From Candidatus Gottesmanbacteria bacterium (GTDB lineage: Bacteria > Patescibacteriota > Microgenomatia > UBA10105 > UBA927): DNA of 64,000 nucleotides. How positions within the stretch are numbered: position 1 is the first letter of the stretch; every line of letters begins with the position of its first letter. Position numbers and translations under genes: made by a program. The stretch is taken from contig CAWBPL010000002.1 in the NCBI GenBank assembly GCA_963790805.1, positions 128,696 to 192,695 on the forward strand, read 5' to 3'. Under the pieces are notes generated by a model, which saw nothing but the letters and a program-made list of their open reading frames with translations, did not search any database and was not told the DNA's origin. Below are positions 1-8,789 of this stretch, in pieces.

Positions 1-619
1 TTCGCTGCATGTCGCCGTGAATGACGGATGCATGAAATTGAGAAAAATCCAGATTCCTCGCTTCTTCAACAACCGGAACAATCAAGTCGTTTTCCTCACG
101 CGATAATTGTCCTTTGTTTTTATCATATTCGGCAATGAGATTTTTATTTCCCCAACTGTCATATGCTTCAGTCACGGGAAAGTGAAGTGTATTAAGGTTC
201 GAAAGATACTGTGTCACTTGAAGCATGTCTTCAATTGTCGGAGTGCGGTTTTGAAAATCATCACCCTCAAAAAATTCTGTTATACAATACGGCGTCGAAT
301 CATTTGTTGAAAAACTTAAATTACCTTTTGTTCCAGTTATAAGTTTTGTAACAGGCACGCCGACCGCTTGCGCCTCCATAAGGATTCGAATATAACTTTG
401 TACGTTTTCCTTACTTCGTTCTTTTAGAAACAACTTGACAACATATTTTCCTGTCGTAGTCGTCAGCAAAAAATTAGCGTCTTCATACCCGATCATAATC
501 GGCCGAAATTCCATAATCGTTCCGATTTTAGGATACACAACTTCGACTTCTTTAATAAATTTGCTAAAAGGAATCGCAAGAGTGGTCCGGGAAAGAAGTG
601 TGGCAACATCGCTATCCAT
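1..619 (-). CDS. Phosphotransferase of the aminoglycoside/choline-kinase (APH) type, N-terminal ~206 aa; 3' end runs off the window
   Basis: Not in the ORF track because it is open at the window edge. My reverse-strand translation from the ATG at 619..617 reads MDSDVATLLSRTTLAIPFSKF...TTGKYVVKLFLKE...PYCITEFFEGDDF...FHASVIHGDMQR. It has a Lys in a VVKLF context and an HGD catalytic-loop motif at the edge. The + ORFs 107..310 and 435..623 are antisense shadows. Confidence 0.6.
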   Translation of the reverse strand, partial: MDSDVATLLSRTTLAIPFSKFIKEVEVVYPKIGTIMEFRPIMIGYEDANFLLTTTTGKYVVKLFLKERSKENVQSYIRILMEAQAVGVPVTKLITGTKGNLSFSTNDSTPYCITEFFEGDDFQNRTPTIEDMLQVTQYLSNLNTLHFPVTEAYDSWGNKNLIAEYDKNKGQLSREENDLIVPVVEEARNLDFSQFHASVIHGDMQR

Positions 620-683
620 GTGACTTAAGTATAGCAATGTTTACATATATTCGTACCCTCATAATTTTGGTATCATAGGGCTC

Positions 684-1307
684 ATGAACTACTGGCATGA
701 ATTTCTGACCGTTGCACTTATTCACATTCTGGCGGTCATGAGTCCGGGGCCGGATTTTGCCGTCGTGACAAAAAACAGCCTCGTGTATTCACGAAAAAGC
801 GGTCTATTGTCAGCCCTTGGCGTGGGACTGGGAATCTTAATTCACATTACCTACTCGATAATTGGTGTTGCGCTTATCATTTCCAAAACGCCGCTTCTTC
901 TGACCGTCATCAAATATGCCGGCGCATGCTATATCGCGTATCTCGGATACCTGTCGCTTTCCGATAAATATCACGCAGCCAAAAATGCAAAACATACCGC
1001 TGGTCATGAAATCTCATCAGGCCAAGCTCTCAAAATGGGATTTATCACCAATGTCACCAATCCCAATGCAACACTTTTCTTCTTAAGCATTTTTACGACG
1101 ATCATAAGCCAGCACACGCCGGTATTCATTAAAACGCTTTACGGACTGGAAATGTCGCTCGCAACATTTTTATGGTTTGCCCTCGTGGCACTGATGTTTT
1201 CGCATAGTATATTGAAAACACGCATCGCCGGAGTACAATTTTATATTGAGAAGATCATGGGAATTGTGTTAATCCTTCTTGCACTCAAAATATTTTTAAA
1301 TCGGTAA
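684..1307 (+). CDS. LysE/RhtB-family amino-acid efflux permease
   Basis: The 207-aa product is multi-pass hydrophobic. The N-terminal signature ALIHILAVMSPGPDFAVV is typical of the LysE/RhtB family. A TGgTATCAT -10 element lies 7 nt upstream of the ATG. Confidence 0.85.
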   Translation: MNYWHEFLTVALIHILAVMSPGPDFAVVTKNSLVYSRKSGLLSALGVGLGILIHITYSIIGVALIISKTPLLLTVIKYAGACYIAYLGYLSLSDKYHAAKNAKHTAGHEISSGQALKMGFITNVTNPNATLFFLSIFTTIISQHTPVFIKTLYGLEMSLATFLWFALVALMFSHSILKTRIAGVQFYIEKIMGIVLILLALKIFLNR

Positions 1308-1346
1308 TCAGAAAAAATTAATCAGTAAAAGTCTTGACGCAAAATT

Positions 1347-2177
1347 CTACGTCAGCGACCGTATATGAGCGGCTGCCTCCTCAAGTGTATTAACTGATTT
1401 TCCATGAGGATGACTGTCTATATAGTCTATTTCCCATGGTTGTGTGTCTTTCGATTTTACGAGTACCCCATTTAAACCCATCGATAAAGCTGGTATCAAA
1501 TCCAACTCAGTGACGTCTCCAATAACAACTCCCTCTTTCGTATCTTGCACGAGAGCTCTAAGGATTTCACTATAAAACGGTCTGTCCCAATAAACTGGTC
1601 TTGCAAGTCCTGAAATAGTTATACTCGGTGAATTAGCGGCAATTTTATTTTTTAACGCATCACCAATAACTATAATTCCGTTATCAGGTCCCATGAGTTT
1701 TTCTAATTTACGGGAAACGCTGTCCATTTTTGAATTGGTCACGATGACAAATTTGCCGGTCCTATGTTGTTCCTCTATAAACTCGCGGGCTCCCGCTTTA
1801 AACTTTGCTTGACCAGCCTGATAGCACGTTTGGTACAAATCTTCTGTTAATGTATATATATTTATCGTATCCCACCGTAACGGATGATTCGGCATGTCTC
1901 GAAGTACGCTCATCACTATCGGCACGACACAGTTCATTACTATAAATCGGTCTGTGGCTGGCGCGACTATTTTCCCATCATCTTCCCAACCGTAACTTTC
2001 AGGATGAGCAAGCACCTGCAGTCTTGCAAACTCCACTAAAGGCCACAGGTCCGTGAAAGGCATCCCCAACCGTTGACTGAATATTCGTCCCCACACCTGC
2101 TCATATTCATCACCTATTGCCTCGGTATATACACCATCAAAATCTGAAATCCGACAAAGAGTTTCGTGACTAACCAT
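1347..2177 (-). CDS. HAD-superfamily hydrolase
   Basis: Motif I is DFDGV (ISDFDGVYT), motif II is VTNS and motif IV is GDVTELD. Substrate unknown. Confidence 0.6.
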   Translation of the reverse strand: MVSHETLCRISDFDGVYTEAIGDEYEQVWGRIFSQRLGMPFTDLWPLVEFARLQVLAHPESYGWEDDGKIVAPATDRFIVMNCVVPIVMSVLRDMPNHPLRWDTINIYTLTEDLYQTCYQAGQAKFKAGAREFIEEQHRTGKFVIVTNSKMDSVSRKLEKLMGPDNGIIVIGDALKNKIAANSPSITISGLARPVYWDRPFYSEILRALVQDTKEGVVIGDVTELDLIPALSMGLNGVLVKSKDTQPWEIDYIDSHPHGKSVNTLEEAAAHIRSLT

Positions 2178-2254
2178 AGAAGGGGGGCAAGCTGGACGAT
2201 TGTACCATTATCCGCTCCGAGCGCAAAAAAATTCGTTCCCTCGGGTTTCGAAAA

Positions 2255-2821
2255 TTAAAAATGAAGCGCTCTTTGAAGTTCTTTGAAAACGATGGGAGCA
2301 TTTGAGGAATCGCTAAAATGATCACGACCGTCATAGGTAATGAGCTTTGCTCCCAAATCTTTTGCAATTTCCACTCCCTGCTCGTACGGAATTGAACTGT
2401 CATCCTTGGAATGGATGACGGTCCACTCACCAACAAGAGGTTTAATTTTTCCGATATCAATTTTATGTTCAAAAAAATCCGGATATGCTTCACCTTCATT
2501 ACGCTTTGCATTTTCCGTTCTGTTTGCAAAGGCAGCGATAAGAAATACTGAATCAACGTTTGAATTATATTTTTCCAAATAGAGAAGTATCGCGCGCGTT
2601 CCCAAGCTGTGACCGACAAGAACAATAGGCTTCTTCGTTTTGGATACCTCTTTGTGAATCATATCGACCCACTCATTTGCATGTGGAAGCTCTCCTCCCG
2701 GCATGTCGGGAATCACATAATCAATATCAAGTGCGTCGAGTTTCGGTGAAATGGCAGGATACCAATCGCCTAAGTGCGAAGCCGTATACCCGTGAACAAA
2801 AATGATTTTGAAATCCGTCAT
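2255..2821 (-). CDS. Alpha/beta-fold serine hydrolase (YdeN/RBBP9-like)
   Basis: The sequence MTDFKIIFVHGYTAS...VLVGHSLGT contains a GxSxG nucleophile elbow, with HSKDD and DHF motifs later. I trimmed the start from 2935 to the ATG at 2821, which has a TGcTATAAT element 6 nt upstream. The first 38 codons of the ORF overlap the divergent promoter region. Confidence 0.75.
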   Translation of the reverse strand: MTDFKIIFVHGYTASHLGDWYPAISPKLDALDIDYVIPDMPGGELPHANEWVDMIHKEVSKTKKPIVLVGHSLGTRAILLYLEKYNSNVDSVFLIAAFANRTENAKRNEGEAYPDFFEHKIDIGKIKPLVGEWTVIHSKDDSSIPYEQGVEIAKDLGAKLITYDGRDHFSDSSNAPIVFKELQRALHF

Positions 2822-2938
2822 ACCGCGATTATAGCAAAATCCATCACATCGAAAAGAAATTCTCGTTCCCTCGGATTTCGAAATAACAAAAAAAGCACCT
2901 TTGACTTCTCCCCGCCCAATTCTTATGATGCACATAGT

Positions 2939-3448
2939 ATGAACGATTTATTTGCGGTGGCCCTCAAATCCACAGTCATTTACCTTTTTGTTATTTTTGC
3001 AATCCGGCTGTTCGGAAAAAAAGAACTCGCGCAACTTTCCGTTATTGATCTAGTTTTTATATTATTGATAAGTAATTCCGTCCAAAACGCGATGGTGGGA
3101 AGTAACGTTTCGCTTCTAGCCGGCATTGTCGCGGCAACCACGCTTTTTGCCGTCAACTATATCTTTAAACTTATCCTCTTTCGCTCAAAAAAAATAAGCG
3201 GCTGGATACAGGGCAATCCGCTCATGCTTATATATAAAGGAAGCGTCGTTAAGCCCCATTTGGATCAGGCAAAGATAACTGAGGCGGAACTGGAAGCCGC
3301 CATCCGCGAACACGGAATAGATAAAATCAGCGATGTGGATTTGGCGGTATTGGAAGTCGACGGCAATATCAGTGTCTTATCTGAAAATTTCCGACGGAGA
3401 ACAGTGAAAAAAATAAAGGGCCACAAAATAATCAACAAGACTACGTAA
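2939..3448 (+). CDS. DUF421 (YetF-like) membrane protein
   Basis: MNDLFAVALKSTVIYLFVIFAIRLFGKKELAQLSVIDLVFILLISN is the characteristic DUF421 N-terminus. I moved the start to the ATG at 2939; the 55 upstream codons of the ORF are antisense to the neighbouring gene. Confidence 0.75.
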   Translation: MNDLFAVALKSTVIYLFVIFAIRLFGKKELAQLSVIDLVFILLISNSVQNAMVGSNVSLLAGIVAATTLFAVNYIFKLILFRSKKISGWIQGNPLMLIYKGSVVKPHLDQAKITEAELEAAIREHGIDKISDVDLAVLEVDGNISVLSENFRRRTVKKIKGHKIINKTT

Positions 3449-3451
3449 TAT

Positions 3452-3982
3452 TTATTTCGCCTTTTCAACAAACCCGATGTTTCGTTTCGCGATCTGGATT
3501 GCGGCTGAATGGAGTTTCTCTTCGGATGTAGACCACGTAAGATTTTCTAAAATAACCGGCTTTATACCTTGATCAAATAAATCGTACGCCGTCGCAAGCA
3601 CGCAGCAATCGGTATCAAAACCGCATAAATGAACCTCAGTAATATTGTGTTGTTTTAGTCCTTCCTTAATTCCATGAACCTTGACTGCTGAAAGAATGTT
3701 TTTGTAAAACAGATTCTCTTTATTGGTAAATTCTTTTATTTCGTCAAAAATATCCGTATCAGGTGAATCCGTACAATCCTTCCACTCTCCAACTTGCCAC
3801 AAAGGTGAGCTGGGATTATTTTTAAGAATCGTAAAATAAATGTTCGTATATTCGGATGAATGTCCTACTAAATAATCTCGTATTTTTTTACCGATTCGTT
3901 TTGTTTCATCCGTAAGAAAATATTTTTGAACATCGATAACGATAAGCGCTTTGTTCATAGCAACTAATTGAATTTTTTCCAT
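3452..3982 (-). CDS. Isochorismatase-family cysteine hydrolase (nicotinamidase-like)
   Basis: Contains ALIVIDVQKYF and the catalytic Cys context LCGFDTDCCVLATA. A GGAGG sequence lies just upstream of the ATG at 3982. Confidence 0.85.
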   Translation of the reverse strand: MEKIQLVAMNKALIVIDVQKYFLTDETKRIGKKIRDYLVGHSSEYTNIYFTILKNNPSSPLWQVGEWKDCTDSPDTDIFDEIKEFTNKENLFYKNILSAVKVHGIKEGLKQHNITEVHLCGFDTDCCVLATAYDLFDQGIKPVILENLTWSTSEEKLHSAAIQIAKRNIGFVEKAK

Positions 3983-4620
3983 TTCCCCTCCGATACGACG
4001 GTAACTTTTGTGTCTACCACTTTCACCGCGGTATTGTCATCTATTGTATAGAACGAGTTTTGGGTCTCTTTTGCAAGTTTTTCAAGATAATCGATTCGTA
4101 CTTTCGGAAACCACTCGGAATTAAGGTGCGGCCTGATTTCAAAGTCAACGAAACCCAAACCTTCAACACATTCAAATCTTCCGGTTTTTTCGTAATACAA
4201 AATTTGTTCACTGGACAATGAAACCTGCTTGGCCGTTACCATACTGCCGGCGCTTATTCCCATATAGACTTTTGTTTTCAAAAGTTTAGGTAATAAGGGG
4301 ATTAGTCCGGATTTATGCATCCATGTCAATAAATAATCCGAATTGCCGCCGCCAAAAACAAGAACATCAGCCGCCTCAAAACTCGGAAGCCAGTATTCTT
4401 TACCCACTGCGGAAATATCAATAATGTCAAACGTCTCAAATCCGAGCTTAAGAAGATTGTACATATCATTGACGACGAATTTTTTATCACCGCGCTCTAC
4501 ATTCGCAGCAGTCGGAATAAATGTGACAGCGGATTTCTCAAATGGTTTTCCCAATAACTCCAAAAGTGCGCTTGCAAGTGATTTATTAGTTATGCCAGAA
4601 GACGTCAAAAGGAGTCTCAT
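3964..4620 (-). CDS. Peptidase S51 (dipeptidase E-like) / class I glutamine-amidotransferase-like fold
   Basis: Contains MRLLLTSSG, VLVFGGGNSDYLL and GISAGSMV (nucleophile Ser), which are typical of the S51 family. Confidence 0.8.
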   Translation of the reverse strand: MRLLLTSSGITNKSLASALLELLGKPFEKSAVTFIPTAANVERGDKKFVVNDMYNLLKLGFETFDIIDISAVGKEYWLPSFEAADVLVFGGGNSDYLLTWMHKSGLIPLLPKLLKTKVYMGISAGSMVTAKQVSLSSEQILYYEKTGRFECVEGLGFVDFEIRPHLNSEWFPKVRIDYLEKLAKETQNSFYTIDDNTAVKVVDTKVTVVSEGKWKKFN

Positions 4621-4671
4621 TGGTTTGAAGTATAATACGTTTCCGTGCTCGGGGCAAAAATTTGGATGGCG

Positions 4672-4896
4672 CTACTCAGCTAACGAAAGTTCCGCTCTGG
4701 CATGACGTGCTATAACAACCTTTACACCCATGCATAGGTCGGTTGAAGACACAGAAGTCGCGTTAATATCGCTTTCTAAATCCCCCTCAATACTGGCGCG
4801 AAGTGCATCGCCCTGCTGATAGCCTTCACCATGCCCTAACCGTACAGTCCCAGAGGCTTGCCAATCAATATACGGGGTATATGCTAATATCTCCAT
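4672..4896 (-). CDS. Hypothetical small protein (74 aa)
   Basis: This is the only ORF in a ~420-nt gap. I recognise no motif, so coding status is uncertain. Confidence 0.25.
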   Translation of the reverse strand: MEILAYTPYIDWQASGTVRLGHGEGYQQGDALRASIEGDLESDINATSVSSTDLCMGVKVVIARHARAELSLAE

Positions 4897-5043
4897 ACCT
4901 ATGGTATCTCAATAACTATTGATCTAACTTCGTTATCATTATGGCATCGAGGTTGTCGCATTGCAAATATTATAAACTCTCAATCGGATTCAAAAGGAAT
5001 TAATTTTTTGTTTTTTCATACGGCCATTATACCGCCGGACAAT

Positions 5044-5694
5044 TCAGGGAGAATTTTTGAACGTAAATTTGATATACGATCCTCCATTGTCATACCACGT
5101 GTGACCGGAGAGAATTTCAAATTCGTACGAAACGTTATTTTTTAATCCCGTGATATCCGTCGTATGCGACTGAATGCTTTGCTGATTATCCGAAACATAT
5201 ACCCTCGCGGTTTGATCTTGAAACGGTGCCTCGCCTAATTTCACCACTCCAATCTCTTTGGCATCCGTACGCCATGTAACTCGAACAGAATCAACGGAAA
5301 ATCGCTGTACGGCGACCACGCGGGGTACCTCCTCAGGACCGGCATTCACGGATTGACGCGATCCGTGTTGTACATATGACAGTATCGACGGAATACCGCC
5401 GACTATAATTGCAAGAAATAATACCGATATGATATTACTCACGTTCTTCACTTTGTTTACGACTATAAAACTGAACACAACGAGAAAGAGAATTGCGGAC
5501 AGCACATATGGAACATAGGGTAAATACGGTATGAATGCCGAATCAAATGCTGATGGTTGAGAAATGACCGTTTCTTCATGAGCTTGAGGCGCATTATGCG
5601 CACTTAACTGATCGATAGCGACAAAATAATTTACTGCGGCAAGTGCTTGAGGTTGGGCAGTTGAAGACGGACCGGTTATTGTACCAAATGACAT
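5044..5694 (-). CDS. Membrane-anchored protein with a C-terminal fibronectin-III-like beta domain
   Basis: Two TM stretches (YVLSAILFLVVFSFIVV and ISVLFLAIIVGGIPSIL) are followed by VRVTWRTDAKEIGVVKLGE...ITGLKNNVSYEFEI, which has an FN3 / purple-acid-phosphatase-N-like pattern. Confidence 0.5.
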   Translation of the reverse strand: MSFGTITGPSSTAQPQALAAVNYFVAIDQLSAHNAPQAHEETVISQPSAFDSAFIPYLPYVPYVLSAILFLVVFSFIVVNKVKNVSNIISVLFLAIIVGGIPSILSYVQHGSRQSVNAGPEEVPRVVAVQRFSVDSVRVTWRTDAKEIGVVKLGEAPFQDQTARVYVSDNQQSIQSHTTDITGLKNNVSYEFEILSGHTWYDNGGSYIKFTFKNSP

Positions 5695-5700
5695 ATACGT

Positions 5701-6675
5701 TTAATTCGTAAAATCCTGCGTCACCATAATCCCGAAGCTGTCTGTAGAAATAATTCCTATACCAATTTGGTGAAACTCGGGATCAAGAATATTTTTCTTG
5801 TGCTCTGGGCTGTTCATAAGACCGGTATGTGCCTGTTCAACTGTGGGTGCGTACGCGAGATTTTCTCCTGCGGCCGTAAAGGAAATGCCTGCAGCCGTCA
5901 GCCGGTCTCCCGGTCCCTTGCCCTCAGGAGTAATGTGAGAAAAATACCTTCGGAGAAACATATCACTGCTGTGATCACGGGCTTCTGTAGTAAGTGCGTC
6001 AGTTGCTGTTACCGGCTGCACTCCGGCGGCAATCCGTTCGGCATTGACCATGTTCACCATCGTTCGCTCATCCACAACATCAACTTTTAATTCGGATGCT
6101 TTCGGCGCTACGTCCAATTTGATGGTCTCGGTGGATCCGGGATCAATCGTGATAAACTTGGTTGCCGCCTGACCTGCCTGATCGATGACGGAAGATATCG
6201 GCCCTCCGTACTGACGGGCCGCATCAACAATAATCCTGCCTATGGTTGACTGCTGGATATCCGTTTTCACCGTCCCCCTAAACGGCAGTGCTAAAGCAAC
6301 GAGAAGAAGCAGTGCAGCAATAACGATTCCGTTAAGTATTGATACAATGGCACCCAACCAGTTTGTATATTTGGAATGGACGACGTTATCCGGTAACCGC
6401 GAAATTCCAAGAAGCAGTAATTGAGAAATAAATAAATGCGTCATAAAAGCAACACCGACATAGGCAATAACCGAACTCCAAGTAGAGGCTATACCAAATT
6501 TGTTTACAAGAAATGCCGAAACCATGCCGTTGGATACGATCGCAAGCCATAACGCCAGAGCAAACGCAAAAAAACTGGTCGCCAAATAGATAAGTCCCTC
6601 TTCCCACCCTTGATAGGTTTCGTATAAAAGAAAAATGATTATGACATAGTCAACCCAATTTAAATGTATCGGCAT
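5701..6675 (-). CDS. CvpA-like membrane domain fused to a CAP/SCP (YkwD-like) domain
   Basis: The N-terminal region has 4 TM segments and starts in CvpA style (NWVDYVIIIFLLYETYQGWEEG). The C-terminal region reads NAERIAAGV...ARDHSSDM...GENLAY...GLMNSPEHKKNILDPEFHQIGIGI, which is a CAP domain. The ORF track begins at a GTG at 6699; I prefer the ATG at 6675. Confidence 0.75.
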   Translation of the reverse strand: MPIHLNWVDYVIIIFLLYETYQGWEEGLIYLATSFFAFALALWLAIVSNGMVSAFLVNKFGIASTWSSVIAYVGVAFMTHLFISQLLLLGISRLPDNVVHSKYTNWLGAIVSILNGIVIAALLLLVALALPFRGTVKTDIQQSTIGRIIVDAARQYGGPISSVIDQAGQAATKFITIDPGSTETIKLDVAPKASELKVDVVDERTMVNMVNAERIAAGVQPVTATDALTTEARDHSSDMFLRRYFSHITPEGKGPGDRLTAAGISFTAAGENLAYAPTVEQAHTGLMNSPEHKKNILDPEFHQIGIGIISTDSFGIMVTQDFTN

Positions 6676-6704
6676 AGTACTTTCTCTATTGTAACGCACC
6701 CATA

Positions 6705-7922
6705 TCAGGAAGAGGGCGGTACAATTTTATAAATAACTCCTGCTTTATCATCCGTGACGAACAGATTTCCGGCGTCATCAAAAAGCAAGTCAACAGGCCG
6801 TCCAATTGCTCCCTTTGGAGTAAGCCAGCCGGTAATAAAATCCTTGGGACCGGTGTATCGTCTGTTTTCATCGAACCTAAACTCTACAAGTTTGTAACCA
6901 GTCGGAACACTTCTATTCCATGACCCGTGCATAGCGACTAAGAGATTATTCCTGTACTCCTGCGGCCATGTTTTGGGAATAAATACCAGCCCAAGCGGAG
7001 CCGAATGCGCCTGATAATCGATCATCGACGACGTAGTGGTTGTACAATACACGGCGGCTTTCTCGGAAACGCTAAAATTCATGTCCTGTACCTCATCTCC
7101 GTAACAATATGGCCAGCCGAAATCATTACCCTCTGCCACCACGTCAATCGTATCGGGAGGCAAATCGTCGCCTAAGTAATCTCTTCCCATGTCCGTGGCC
7201 CACATTTTTTTGTCAAGCAGATTCCATATGAAAAATACGCTATTCCTTAGGCCCGACGCAAATACTTTCAGATTACTTCCGTCATCATTGGCAACGAGGA
7301 TTTTCGCTCTTCGCCAATCGCTTTCCACGCACGCATTGCAGCTGGCGCCGACCGAAATATACAATTTTCCGTCGAACCCGAATGCTATCGTTCGGGTAAC
7401 GTGCTCGCCTCCTTGCGGCAGGTCAATAATTTTGTGTTTGTTGGTTGCCGCTTTCGACTGATTATTATAGTCATACACCGCAACCTCATCGGTTTCCGCG
7501 ATATATAATCTCCCGTTATGAAATGCTAGTCCATGCGGCTGATTGAGTCCTGAGACCACCGTCGGCATGCTATCCACTACCCCATCACCATTGGAATCCA
7601 CAAGTGCAATGACTTTCCCCAGCGATGGAATACTGACGAGAAGCGTTTTGGTGGGATCCCATACAATAACCCGCGGATCTACCAGATTTTTGGCGTATAT
7701 GGATATAGTAAACCCGTTTGGAAGCAATAACGGAATATCTGTAGTATTGACTGCTGGTGCGTAAGAATTCGTGGCAGAATTCGATGCAATTTTTGTTGTA
7801 ATATCAAAAGGCGGCGGCTTCACAACCGGTCCGATTCCCCGAAAATTTTGGTAATAAAATACACCCGCCCACGTAACGCTTACACAAACAAGCAATATGA
7901 GTAAAACCAGTATTTTTTTCAT
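6705..7922 (-). CDS. PQQ-dependent (soluble) sugar/sorbosone dehydrogenase-like beta-propeller, secreted
   Basis: A signal anchor (MKKILVLLILLVCVSV) is followed by the propeller motifs HGLAFHNGRLYIAE, HSAPLGLVFIP and GRPVDLLFDDAGNLFVTDDKAGVIYKI. The track start at 7937 is a TTG; the ATG at 7922 is more likely. Confidence 0.8.
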   Translation of the reverse strand: MKKILVLLILLVCVSVTWAGVFYYQNFRGIGPVVKPPPFDITTKIASNSATNSYAPAVNTTDIPLLLPNGFTISIYAKNLVDPRVIVWDPTKTLLVSIPSLGKVIALVDSNGDGVVDSMPTVVSGLNQPHGLAFHNGRLYIAETDEVAVYDYNNQSKAATNKHKIIDLPQGGEHVTRTIAFGFDGKLYISVGASCNACVESDWRRAKILVANDDGSNLKVFASGLRNSVFFIWNLLDKKMWATDMGRDYLGDDLPPDTIDVVAEGNDFGWPYCYGDEVQDMNFSVSEKAAVYCTTTTSSMIDYQAHSAPLGLVFIPKTWPQEYRNNLLVAMHGSWNRSVPTGYKLVEFRFDENRRYTGPKDFITGWLTPKGAIGRPVDLLFDDAGNLFVTDDKAGVIYKIVPPSS

Positions 7923-8048
7923 CGAAAAAGTATTCAAGTAAATTATATACCCATCTTACTCAGATTTGTAACTTTCTTAAGTGAAAAATCTGATTAGATG
8001 GGTCTATACTCAAATAACTCAATTACAATCCTGAGTTTTTGCGGTATA

Positions 8049-8666
8049 TTACACTTCCAGACTTCTCCAAAGAATTCTTGCGGCATACGTGCGATACGGT
8101 GACCATCTAGCACTCATTCGCTCCAATTGTTTAACAGTCGGCTCCTTTTTCAAATGATATATTTTTTGAATAGCTCGTTTGAGCCCTACGTCACCCATCG
8201 AAAACACGTCTTCTCTTCCCAATGAAAACATCAAAAACATCTCAGCTGTCCACGGACCGATTCCTTTCAGCTTCGTCAATTGTGTAATAACTTGGGCGTC
8301 AGGTAATGTCTGGAGGGACGGGAAATCAATCACCTTTTTTTGAAAACTCACCGCGAGTTCTTTAATAAATCGCACTTTTGACCACGACATACCCACACCA
8401 CGAAGTTTTTTCTCGTCTAACCGGCTCACTGCGTACGGAGTAGCTTTCCGTTCGGGACACAAATCCAGAAATCGGTTATAAATAGTCGTCCCTGCTTTTT
8501 CTGATAATTGCTGGTTGATAATCGCTTCACATAAATCAGCAAAATAGTCAGCTGATTTCGTCGGCGTCAGGCGATCGGTCTTTCCTTCAAGCCGCTCAAG
8601 AACAGCATAGAGTTTCGGGTCAACACGGGCAAAATGATCTTTAACACATTTCTCCATGCTTGCCAT
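8049..8666 (-). CDS. alkA: HhH-GPD DNA glycosylase (3-methyladenine DNA glycosylase II, AlkA-like)
   Basis: Contains the helix-hairpin-helix LKGIGPWTAEMFLMFSLGREDVF and a catalytic Asp context (MGDVGLKRAI). Confidence 0.8.
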   Translation of the reverse strand: MASMEKCVKDHFARVDPKLYAVLERLEGKTDRLTPTKSADYFADLCEAIINQQLSEKAGTTIYNRFLDLCPERKATPYAVSRLDEKKLRGVGMSWSKVRFIKELAVSFQKKVIDFPSLQTLPDAQVITQLTKLKGIGPWTAEMFLMFSLGREDVFSMGDVGLKRAIQKIYHLKKEPTVKQLERMSARWSPYRTYAARILWRSLEV

Positions 8667-8753
8667 TGTAACAAATACAATTAAAAGTGAATAATGTCAC
8701 AAATAAATCTCTAGTAAAGGGGTGAAGAATTATCAAAATTAATTACAAAAAAA

Positions 8754-8783
8754 TTGACTGTGTTATAAAGTACTCACTATACT
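8754..8783 (+). promoter_or_regulatory. Sigma70-type promoter of the Fic gene (TTGACT-18 nt-TATACT); the -10 element ends 6 nt before the ATG
   Basis: TTGACT lies at 8754..8759, TATACT at 8778..8783 and the ATG at 8790. There is no SD. Confidence 0.5.
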
Positions 8784-8789
8784 GAATCA

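Noticed and set aside
2170-2625. 151-aa - strand ORF and 80-aa + strand ORF overlapping the alpha/beta hydrolase gene.
   Set aside because: These are alternative frames of a gene with clear GxSxG hydrolase motifs, and they show no motifs of their own.
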